Shown here: piece after piece, positions 1 to 7,082 of the stretch
How positions within the stretch are numbered: the first letter of the stretch is position 1
Layout: each line of letters starts with the position of its first letter
Assembly (NCBI GenBank): GCA_965246795.1
Contig: CBDFFN010000012.1
Location: 30,742 to 94,741, forward strand
Origin: Beijerinckiaceae bacterium
GTDB lineage: Bacteria; Pseudomonadota; Alphaproteobacteria; Rhizobiales; Beijerinckiaceae
Reading direction: 5' to 3'
DNA: 64,000 nucleotides
Translations under genes and position numbers: made by a program
Notes under the pieces: generated by a model
Told to the model about the DNA's origin: nothing
What the model saw: the letters and a program-made list of their open reading frames with translations, nothing else
Databases searched by the model: none

Positions 1-77
1 CATCGGCATTGCCGCATCGCCGACGACTCTCGTCGTCGACCCGACTGATCCCGTTCTGCTCTGACAAGGAGAAAACG

Positions 78-569
78 ATGGCTATCCGCAAACCGCTTGT
101 GCTCGGCGACGACGGCCTGCCGCAACAGCTTCAGGCGAACGATGCAATCGCAGCGCCGACGAACGCGCCGTCGATCCGGCCCGTTGCCAACGGCGAGGCC
201 TCAACGGCGCTCGTCTTCGGTATGGCGGTGTACGCAAGCGCCGCCGACACCGTGAAACGTGGTCAGGCGAACGCGAAGGCGACATCCGGCATCGTGGGCC
301 TTGTGTCGGATACCTCAATCGCCGCCGGCGCAAACGGCAACATCTGCGAATCCGGCATCCTCATCGGCACGAATGCACAGTGGGATGCGGTCGTGACGGG
401 GCAGACCGGCGGCCTGACGTTCAACACGCTCTATTTCCTCGATCCCGCCAACGCTGGCAAACTGACGGCGACGCCGCCGATCACGGCCGGGCAAGTGAAC
501 GTCCTTATCGGACGCGCACTGTCGCAGACCGAGCTCGAGGTGCTGACGGCGCAGCCGATCCTTCTGTGA
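78..569 (+). CDS. Phage-like hypothetical protein, Gly/Ala/Thr-rich, possible tail or structural protein
   Basis: ATG at 78 preceded by AAGGAG; the frame runs to the stop at 569; composition resembles phage fibre/structural proteins; no recognisable enzymatic motif. Confidence 0.45.
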   Translation: MAIRKPLVLGDDGLPQQLQANDAIAAPTNAPSIRPVANGEASTALVFGMAVYASAADTVKRGQANAKATSGIVGLVSDTSIAAGANGNICESGILIGTNAQWDAVVTGQTGGLTFNTLYFLDPANAGKLTATPPITAGQVNVLIGRALSQTELEVLTAQPILL

Positions 570-575
570 CGCGCG

Positions 576-857
576 ATGGCCGCCGCTCGCTATGCGCTTG
601 GTCTTGGTGCTGATGGCCTTCCAGCGCAGGTTCGCCCCGAGCCGCTGGCGCTCCCGGCGTTCACCGTTGCGTTGCTGCCTACAACGGGCAACAGCGTCGG
701 CGCGTTGGCCTTCGCGACAAACGGGCGCGCTCTGACGGGCGGCATTCTCGGCCTCCTGTTCGTCGTCGAGACCGCAGGAAACGGCACCGGATGTCTTGTC
801 TCGTGGAATGGCACCGCATGGAAGATCGCAGGAACGAACATTACCGTGACGGCGTGA
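576..857 (+). CDS. Small hypothetical protein, phage-module associated
   Basis: ORF begins 7 nt after the upstream stop; Ala/Gly/Thr-rich; weak RBS. Confidence 0.3.
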   Translation: MAAARYALGLGADGLPAQVRPEPLALPAFTVALLPTTGNSVGALAFATNGRALTGGILGLLFVVETAGNGTGCLVSWNGTAWKIAGTNITVTA

Positions 858-860
858 CGG

Positions 861-1115
861 TCACCCGCCTTTGATCTGATCCGCGAGGTCGTCCGGCACC
901 TGACCGTGCATCGCGAGGATCGTCGCTGAAGCGACTTCTCCCGTCTCGTCATCGGCGACGACCTGGATCGCCGCGACGCCTTTCTCGCGCGCGGACCATG
1001 CTTCGGCTTTCTTGACCGCGCCGTTCAGGCTCGGCGCCTCCTCGCGCTTGCCCGGCTTTAACTGGCCGCGGTTCGGCGCGAACGCCTGCACGAAATAGGT
1101 CGTCTTACTCGCCAC
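861..1115 (-). CDS. Small hypothetical protein
   Basis: 84-aa ORF; GTG start with GAGGAG 9 nt upstream on the minus strand. Confidence 0.4.
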   Translation of the reverse strand: MASKTTYFVQAFAPNRGQLKPGKREEAPSLNGAVKKAEAWSAREKGVAAIQVVADDETGEVASATILAMHGQVPDDLADQIKGG

Positions 1116-1213
1116 GCCCGCGCTCCTCAGGTCCGTCGGCGGTCACCCTATCACGCCGCTTTCTAGGCGCTGATCCGTCCCGGCGGCACCGGGATCATCC
1201 GAAAGGCAAGGCT

Positions 1214-1906
1214 ATGTCCCCTACCGGACTCGAAGCCCGTGACGCCGCTGCTGCGGCCGTTGCAGTGAAACCCCGTGTGACGCTCGACCAGATCAAAAGC
1301 TTGATCGCAAGCGAACGTTTCTTCACGGACGACACGCTGACGATCTGCGTCCTGACGCTGACCAACGGTTACAAAGTGACCGGCGAAAGCGCCGCCGCCG
1401 ACCCGGCGAACTACAATCCCGAGCTTGGACAGAAGATCGCGCGCGAGAAAGCGACGGCAGAAATCTGGCCGCTCGCGGGATATCTTCTTCGCGACACGCT
1501 GCACAAAGGCGACAACCCGGCTGTCATGCGCTGCAAGGTCACGCTCTACGACCGTTCGCAGGCTTACGCGGAAGCACCTCGCGACAAGGACAACAAGCCG
1601 CCGGGCCGACATACGTCCGAGCCGTACAGCTGGAAACGCGGCGACGGCAGCGAGGTCACGGGCGTGAGTGTGAAGGCCGATCCGACTGATCCCGCGAACA
1701 TCGTTCTGGACGGCGAACGCCTTCGCTTTAGCGCGGTCTGCCCGCCGACGTGCGATCCGAAAGGTGCGCCGGAAAACCTGATATTCGGACAGTTCACGCC
1801 GTCATTCCAGCTTGAAGCGCACGTGCGCAACAAGGGCGTGCTAGACCGCCTCGAAAAGGGCCGTGCCTACTACGTCGACTTCATTCCGGCGCCCGACGCC
1901 GCATAG
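1214..1906 (+). CDS. Phage protein of the N4-gp49 / Sf6-gp66 family with an extra C-terminal Cys-containing domain
   Basis: N-terminal segment TICVLTLTNGYKVTGESAAADPANYNPELGQKIAREKATAEIWPLAGYLLRD matches the conserved core I recall for the Phage_gp49_66 family. Confidence 0.6.
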   Translation: MSPTGLEARDAAAAAVAVKPRVTLDQIKSLIASERFFTDDTLTICVLTLTNGYKVTGESAAADPANYNPELGQKIAREKATAEIWPLAGYLLRDTLHKGDNPAVMRCKVTLYDRSQAYAEAPRDKDNKPPGRHTSEPYSWKRGDGSEVTGVSVKADPTDPANIVLDGERLRFSAVCPPTCDPKGAPENLIFGQFTPSFQLEAHVRNKGVLDRLEKGRAYYVDFIPAPDAA

Positions 1907-1962
1907 CCTGTCCCGCCCGCGCCGGGCCTGCTTCGGCAGGAAGCGCGGCCTCCCTAGACTTG

Positions 1963-2001
1963 GCCCGGCCGTGCTCACGCGCGGTCGGGCTTTTTTCTTT
2001 T
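1963..2001 (+). terminator. Intrinsic terminator after the Gp49-like gene
   Basis: 12-bp GC-rich stem 1963-1974 / 1979-1990 with loop TCAC, followed by TTTTTTCTTTTT. Confidence 0.5.
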
Positions 2002-2023
2002 TAGCTTTTGATTGGCGGCATTT

Positions 2024-2419
2024 CTACGGAGGAGGCTTCTTCGACGCCGTTGAACGGTTTGGTCGATCCTCGACATCCTTCGTCAGCCAATGCGCAATCT
2101 CGTTTGCCTCTGCTTGAGAAAACCGATGGCTGATCCAACCAAGAGCCGGATTTCGCAAGATGAAAAGTCGGTCTCCACCGTCGGTATAATTCGGGATCGA
2201 CCATGTCGGACTTGTGATTTCGGCGAGACGTACGACTGGGTCGAGTCGGTCGGGGACGGGCTCGCCTAACGCAGCTCTCGCGTTGGCCAGCTTCTGTATT
2301 GCGTCGCCGATTTCGTCGGAATTTATTGGCACCTCGCAAACGACCACGCCGTCTCTCTCTACAACGAGCTTGCCGACCGTTTTCGAGTCGTTTGTCAGCG
2401 CTACGATCTTCGTTGCCAT
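2024..2419 (-). CDS. Hypothetical protein, phage-module associated
   Basis: ATG at 2419 (MATKIVALTND...); tightly packed with two upstream minus-strand ORFs. Confidence 0.45.
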   Translation of the reverse strand: MATKIVALTNDSKTVGKLVVERDGVVVCEVPINSDEIGDAIQKLANARAALGEPVPDRLDPVVRLAEITSPTWSIPNYTDGGDRLFILRNPALGWISHRFSQAEANEIAHWLTKDVEDRPNRSTASKKPPP

Positions 2420-2420
2420 C

Positions 2421-2600
2421 TCAATCTTGCCTTTCCCATTCCGCAGCCACCGTCCCCTGCGCATACGTCCCGTCATCGAGATCAACGTTGATCGTACCGT
2501 CTTCTCCGACCCACGACACGATGCCGGCGAAGCAATCGAACAGAAGCTCGCGGCCCGGCGCGTCGGGCTTCATGCGAACACGGTCGCCGATCTTCAGCAT
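2421..2600 (-). CDS. Small hypothetical protein, 59 aa
   Basis: MLKIGDRVRMKPDAPGRELLFDCFAGIVSWVGEDGTINVDLDDGTYAQGTVAAEWERQD; its stop is adjacent to the start of the next gene; compact phage-like packing. Confidence 0.4.
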   Translation of the reverse strand: MLKIGDRVRMKPDAPGRELLFDCFAGIVSWVGEDGTINVDLDDGTYAQGTVAAEWERQD

Positions 2601-2608
2601 TCCGTCGC

Positions 2609-2977
2609 TCACCCGCCCCAAACCCCGCGCATCGCTGGCTGTCGCCTCTCGGCCGCAGTTTGCTCGTGCCACGCGCCCTGATGCCACGGCTTCGCATCAG
2701 GCATAGACAGGCGATGGCCGCACTTCGAGCAGACGAACCGGCCAGCCACGCGATCCCAGGTATCGCTTCCCTCGCATCGTATCAGGCCGAACGGAATGGC
2801 CGTGCATGACGGGCGCGGGCACTTCGGACAGCGGACTTCGAGGTGAGTGTGTCCGACCGCGGCGAGATCGGCGATGGTGGCGATATGCATGGGGATAGGG
2901 TAGGAGAATTCGGCGCTCAGCGCCTGCACTTTTACCGTGGGAATTTTGGTGGGACTTTTGGTTTGGTTCGGTCCCAC
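2609..2977 (-). CDS. Hypothetical protein with paired Cys clusters, zinc-ribbon-like
   Basis: CPKCPRPSC ... CSKCGHR motifs; start uncertain, either GTG at 2977 or ATG at 2890. Confidence 0.4.
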   Translation of the reverse strand: MGPNQTKSPTKIPTVKVQALSAEFSYPIPMHIATIADLAAVGHTHLEVRCPKCPRPSCTAIPFGLIRCEGSDTWDRVAGRFVCSKCGHRLSMPDAKPWHQGAWHEQTAAERRQPAMRGVWGG

Positions 2978-3067
2978 TGTATCCGCTTCGTTCTTCCTGC
3001 GTTCGCGCGGCGAGTTGAACGAGGGTTAGGGTGAAAGATCAGTGTTTACAGTGCAATGAGTATCAAT

Positions 3068-3144
3068 CGGGGTATGGCGCAGCCTGGTAGCGCGGTAGTT
3101 TTGGGTACTACAGGTCGCAGGTTCGAATCCTGCTGCCCCGACCA
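3068..3144 (+). tRNA. tRNA-Pro (anticodon TGG)
   Basis: Cloverleaf CGGGGTA..TACCCCG-A-CCA; anticodon loop TTTGGGT; GGTTCGAATCC T-arm; CCA encoded. Confidence 0.85.
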
Positions 3145-3159
3145 TCACAGGAGCCGGAC

Positions 3160-3468
3160 ATGAAGGTGGCGCGTATCTTCAAACCCGTGCGCGGCGCCAC
3201 GACGTCGGGCAAGGCCCGAACGCATGGCTGGGCGCTGCATTACGCGCCGGCCGCGCCGCGCCGCGTCGAGCCGCTGATGGGCTGGACGAGTTCGACCGAC
3301 ATGCTGGCGCAAGTGCGGCTGCAATTCCCGACGAAGGAAGAGGCGATCGCCTACGCGCAGCGCAACGGCATCGACTATCGCGTCGAGGAGCCGAAGCCGA
3401 AGCGCGAGACGACGCAAGCCTATTCCGACAATTTCCGCTCGGGCCGAACCGTCCCGTGGACACACTGA
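3160..3468 (+). CDS. ETC complex I subunit-like protein, NDUFS4 / AQDQ 18-kDa family homologue
   Basis: VARIFKPVRGATTSGKART..W.L......PLMGWTSSTDMLAQVRLQFPTKEEAIAYAQRNGIDY matches the NDUFS4 family core; AGGAG RBS; gene starts 15 bp after tRNA-Pro. Confidence 0.8.
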   Translation: MKVARIFKPVRGATTSGKARTHGWALHYAPAAPRRVEPLMGWTSSTDMLAQVRLQFPTKEEAIAYAQRNGIDYRVEEPKPKRETTQAYSDNFRSGRTVPWTH

Positions 3469-3488
3469 AGCTCGATCAATTGCCTTCG

Positions 3489-3565
3489 GACCCCGTAGCT
3501 CAGCTGGATAGAGCAGCCGCCTTCTAAGCGGCAGGTCGCAGGTTCGAGCCCTGCCGGGGTCGCCA
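3489..3565 (+). tRNA. tRNA-Arg (anticodon TCT)
   Basis: GACCCCG acceptor; GTAGCTCAGCTGGATAGAGC D-arm; anticodon loop CTTCTAA; GGTTCGAGCCC T-arm; CCA encoded. Confidence 0.85.
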
Positions 3566-3716
3566 CACTCGCGCATCCTGATTCAACTTAGAGTCAGTTT
3601 ATCGTGACCCGGTGTCATCGAATGACAAACGCAGGCCGCCAAGCCTTCAACGAATCCTCAACCACGTCGCGCGACATTGTCGTCGTTGAGCCTGTTGAGT
3701 ATCGCACGACACGGAA

Positions 3717-3751
3717 CGCCCGCCTCTCCAGCGCGATGAGGCGGGCGTTTT
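3717..3751 (+). terminator. Intrinsic terminator about 150 nt downstream of tRNA-Arg
   Basis: 10-bp stem CGCCCGCCTC / GAGGCGGGCG with an 11-nt loop, followed by TTTT. Confidence 0.5.
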
Positions 3752-3812
3752 GCGTTGATGCCGGACCAATCGTGAACCGATTGTCGCCCTATTCCACACG
3801 TAGGCATTGGAC

Positions 3813-4106
3813 ATGAACAGGCTCCGCGTTTCGTTTCATCGTATCGCTTTCGGCATGACGGTCGTCATGGCGGTGTCGATCGCCGGTGCATCAAGCGATG
3901 CGGACAATCACGGCGTCGCGGAGGTGCTGTCGAAAGACCTCTATCGACTGACGTCCAGCGTATCGGTGTTGACGAACGGCTGTACGCAGGAAGGCGGCAA
4001 GGTTCGCATCGATCGCCGTGCCGAGAAGATCATCTTTATCGACGACGCGTCGGCGGAATGCCGGATCGAGACCTGGGTGGCGCCCGTCTCGGCGGAGCTT
4101 CTGTAG
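3813..4106 (+). CDS. Small secreted hypothetical protein
   Basis: N-terminal hydrophobic signal-like segment (FGMTVVMAVSIAGASS); two Cys; start could be TTG at 3807. Confidence 0.4.
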   Translation: MNRLRVSFHRIAFGMTVVMAVSIAGASSDADNHGVAEVLSKDLYRLTSSVSVLTNGCTQEGGKVRIDRRAEKIIFIDDASAECRIETWVAPVSAELL

Positions 4107-4203
4107 CACGCAGAAAACGCCGCGATACGTTTCGTCGGCGCGGCACAAACGACGGAAACATGCATCGGCGACAAGGTTGCGACCACGCAGCCTCACTCGA
4201 GCC

Positions 4204-4611
4204 ATGCCACGCAATCCCGCAACCATCGCCAAGACTTTTCTAATCGCCTTTGCGGCGCTCGCGCTGATTGTTTTCGGCGTCTTCGCGATCAGGCGATGGA
4301 GTTTCGACGAAGCGCCGAACATCGTTGTGAGCATTGTGCTGCTTCCCTGGATCGTCGGGCCGGCGGCGCTGGCGACATTGTTCGTGGCACGCGCATGGTC
4401 GCCTACAGAGGCGTGGCTGTTCGTCAGCGCGGTTGTCGCCGCAATCGCTTCCACCGCGTGGCTTTGGGTCTCGCTCCTTCTGCGGGCTGACGGGCAGGGC
4501 GGACTTGCCGTTCTTGTCTTTCCGCTTTGGCAGTTCGTCGCGCTGCTTGTCTACGGAATTGTTGTCGTCGCCATCGGACACTTTTTTCGAGGTCGCTCCG
4601 TCACGACCTGA
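4204..4611 (+). CDS. Small integral membrane hypothetical protein
   Basis: ATG at 4204; four predicted hydrophobic helices in about 135 aa. Confidence 0.45.
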   Translation: MPRNPATIAKTFLIAFAALALIVFGVFAIRRWSFDEAPNIVVSIVLLPWIVGPAALATLFVARAWSPTEAWLFVSAVVAAIASTAWLWVSLLLRADGQGGLAVLVFPLWQFVALLVYGIVVVAIGHFFRGRSVTT

Positions 4612-4890
4612 ATGAAGTACGCGGAATAGGTGCGTTCACACATCAGTAATACGTCGACTTGAGCGCACAGCGACTCGCGTCGTGCCCGATTCGATGCGCG
4701 TCTGTTCTCGCTCGGTGCTTTTCGTCCCGTCGCGACGCAGGTTCAGCCGGCGTTCAGCGCGCGAATGTTCGACTGCTCTTGCCGCATCGATCCCACCGGC
4801 GCGGCACGGTTAACAAAGCCAGTTTGTGTAAAAACAAATGCAAATTTTCTTCTGCACGCAGCTGCAACACGCTCTCATTACGGTGCCTGA

Positions 4891-5496
4891 ATGAGCGCAC
4901 TGGCCCACTCCGACATCGCCCCGCACGAGCGGCGGAACTTCACTCGCATCCCGGTGGCCGTGAAGGGCCGTCTGATGCTCGATACGCGGCAGGAACTCGA
5001 CTGCACGATTACGGATATGTCGCTGAACGGCATGCTCGTGACCGCGAAGGCGCAGGTTGCGCGCGGTTCGACAATCGTCGCCTATGTCGATCATTTCGGA
5101 CGGCTGCAGGGGACCGTCGTGCGTACGACGTCAACCGGCTTCGCCGTCGCGCTGAATGTACCGCCGCCAAAGCGCGAGCGCATCTCCAATGTCCTCGCGT
5201 GGCTGGCGAGCCGGGGTCCCGAGGGAACACCGGACGATCGCTGCCATGAACGCATCGTGCCGAAGACCGGCGCCACGTCGCTCGAGCTCATCAATCGTCG
5301 CAGCTATGCCGCGCGCATCGTCGACTTCTCGCGCTCCGGCGCGGCCATCATGCTGCATCCACTGCCGAAACTCGACGCGCGCGTCGTCATCGGCCGAACC
5401 ACCGGACGCGTGGTGCGTCATTTCAACGGTGGTGTCGGCATTGAGTTTTTGCGCCTCATCCCGAGCGAACTATTCGACGAGAGCCACGTCCTTTAG
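4891..5496 (+). CDS. Tandem PilZ-domain protein, putative c-di-GMP receptor
   Basis: Two RxxxR...DxSxxG motif pairs (RRNFTRIPV..DMSLNGM and RRSYAARIVDFSRSGA); AT-rich promoter region upstream. Confidence 0.7.
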   Translation: MSALAHSDIAPHERRNFTRIPVAVKGRLMLDTRQELDCTITDMSLNGMLVTAKAQVARGSTIVAYVDHFGRLQGTVVRTTSTGFAVALNVPPPKRERISNVLAWLASRGPEGTPDDRCHERIVPKTGATSLELINRRSYAARIVDFSRSGAAIMLHPLPKLDARVVIGRTTGRVVRHFNGGVGIEFLRLIPSELFDESHVL

Positions 5497-5566
5497 GGTC
5501 GGGCACACGCAAAACGGCCGGATTGCTGTACAATCTCCAGGGAATCGCGGGAGATTGTAGTCGGAC

Positions 5567-7078
5567 GTGGCGATGAGGGCGGGCGCGCATCTTTCGAAGG
5601 GAACGCGCGTGCTGGCGGCAATCGCCTGCATTCTGCTCGGATTTTTCGCTTTCGCATCGCCTGCTTTCTCACAGGACGCTCGTCCCACCGCGGGCCCATC
5701 CGCACGCGCCCCGGCCAAAGCCGCAGGCCGCGGCCGTCTTGCGCTCGCCGAGCGCGCTTCGAGCGGCACAAGCCGCGGCACCTCGATGCTGGTCCGTTTT
5801 CGAAACGCGCCGTACCCCTACGACGGCGATATTCCCGCGACGGGAAAGCCCTTCTTCGATACGACCGATGCGAACGGACGACGCGGGCACACGTCGCCGC
5901 GCGGCGGCGTGAACTGGGAAACGCCGACCTATAGCGACGACCGCGTGCTGCTCTACGTGCCGCGCGGTTTCGATCCGTCGAAGCCGGCGGCGATCGTCGT
6001 CTTCTTCCACGGCAATCTCGCGACGCTCGAACGCGACGTGCGCGACCGGCAGGGCGTGCCGCGACAGCTCGAACAGTCGAAGCTGAATGCGATTCTCGTC
6101 GCCCCGCAATTTGCAGTGAACGTGAACGATTCCTCTTCGGGTAAATTCTTTCAGCCGGGCGCCTTCAACACTTTTCTGGCGGAAGCCGCGCCCGCCATCG
6201 CCGACGCCACGGGTGGCCAGATGTCTGCGGCGACGGCGGCCAGCCTGCCCGTGGTGCTCGTTGCATACAGCGGCGGTTATCAGGCTGCCGGTTTCACCCT
6301 GATGCATATGGGCGGCTCAAAGCGCATCGCCGGCGTCGTCCTGCTCGATGCGCTCTACGGCGAGGTCGAGAAATTCGCGGACTGGATCGTCGCGCGCCAC
6401 GACGGCGCATTCTTCCTAAGCGCCTATTCGCGCTCGTCCGCGGCGCAAAACGCGACGCTGAAGCGAATGATCGGGGAAGGGGGCGTGCGTAGCGCAGACG
6501 GACTTCCCAAAGCGCTCACGCCGGGGACCGTCGCCTTCGTGCCGGCGATCGACGCCGTGCACAACGATTTCGTCACGCGCGCCTGGACGGCCGACCCCTT
6601 GCGCGCGGCGCTTTCGCTCGTACGCCTGAAAGGCGACCGCGCGGTGCAGGAGACGGCTGCGCCGCCGGCGCAACCCGCACAGCGCGGAGCCGCACAGGCG
6701 CAACCGGCATCCGAGACGAATTCCGACGGTGCAGGCGGTCTCAGTTCCCTGAAAGGTCTCTTCGCCAATCGAGCCGCGCCACCTGCTGCGAGTACGCCGC
6801 CAGCGGCTGGAGCGAGCGGCGATGCCGTGATCCAACTTGGGGCTTTCCCCACGTCGAACGAGGCGGATGCACGCATTCGCGCCGTGCAGAAAAATTATCC
6901 GGAACTGGCCGAGCGGGAGTTTCGTACGGAGCCGACGGGCGACAAGAAGCCGATCTTCTATCGCGTGAGGATCGTCAATCTCACGCAAGACGACGCCGAT
7001 GTCGTCTGTCAGCGCGTCAACGCGAAAGAGGCTGGCAAGTGCTTTCGCGTGCGCGAGGCAAGGCCAGCTGCACGCTGA
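5567..7078 (+). CDS. Secreted alpha/beta-hydrolase-fold protein fused to a C-terminal SPOR domain
   Basis: Signal peptide; esterase-like core (AIVVFFHGN ... LVAYSGGYQAAG); Pro/Ala linker; C-terminal SPOR-like segment (VIQLGAF...YRVRIVNLTQDDADVVCQRVN). Confidence 0.65.
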   Translation: MAMRAGAHLSKGTRVLAAIACILLGFFAFASPAFSQDARPTAGPSARAPAKAAGRGRLALAERASSGTSRGTSMLVRFRNAPYPYDGDIPATGKPFFDTTDANGRRGHTSPRGGVNWETPTYSDDRVLLYVPRGFDPSKPAAIVVFFHGNLATLERDVRDRQGVPRQLEQSKLNAILVAPQFAVNVNDSSSGKFFQPGAFNTFLAEAAPAIADATGGQMSAATAASLPVVLVAYSGGYQAAGFTLMHMGGSKRIAGVVLLDALYGEVEKFADWIVARHDGAFFLSAYSRSSAAQNATLKRMIGEGGVRSADGLPKALTPGTVAFVPAIDAVHNDFVTRAWTADPLRAALSLVRLKGDRAVQETAAPPAQPAQRGAAQAQPASETNSDGAGGLSSLKGLFANRAAPPAASTPPAAGASGDAVIQLGAFPTSNEADARIRAVQKNYPELAEREFRTEPTGDKKPIFYRVRIVNLTQDDADVVCQRVNAKEAGKCFRVREARPAAR

Positions 7079-7082
7079 GCCG

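Noticed and set aside
3891-4454. 187-aa minus-strand ORF
   Set aside because: Overlaps two plus-strand ORFs that have a signal peptide and transmembrane helices; its translation is Ala/Arg-rich without features.
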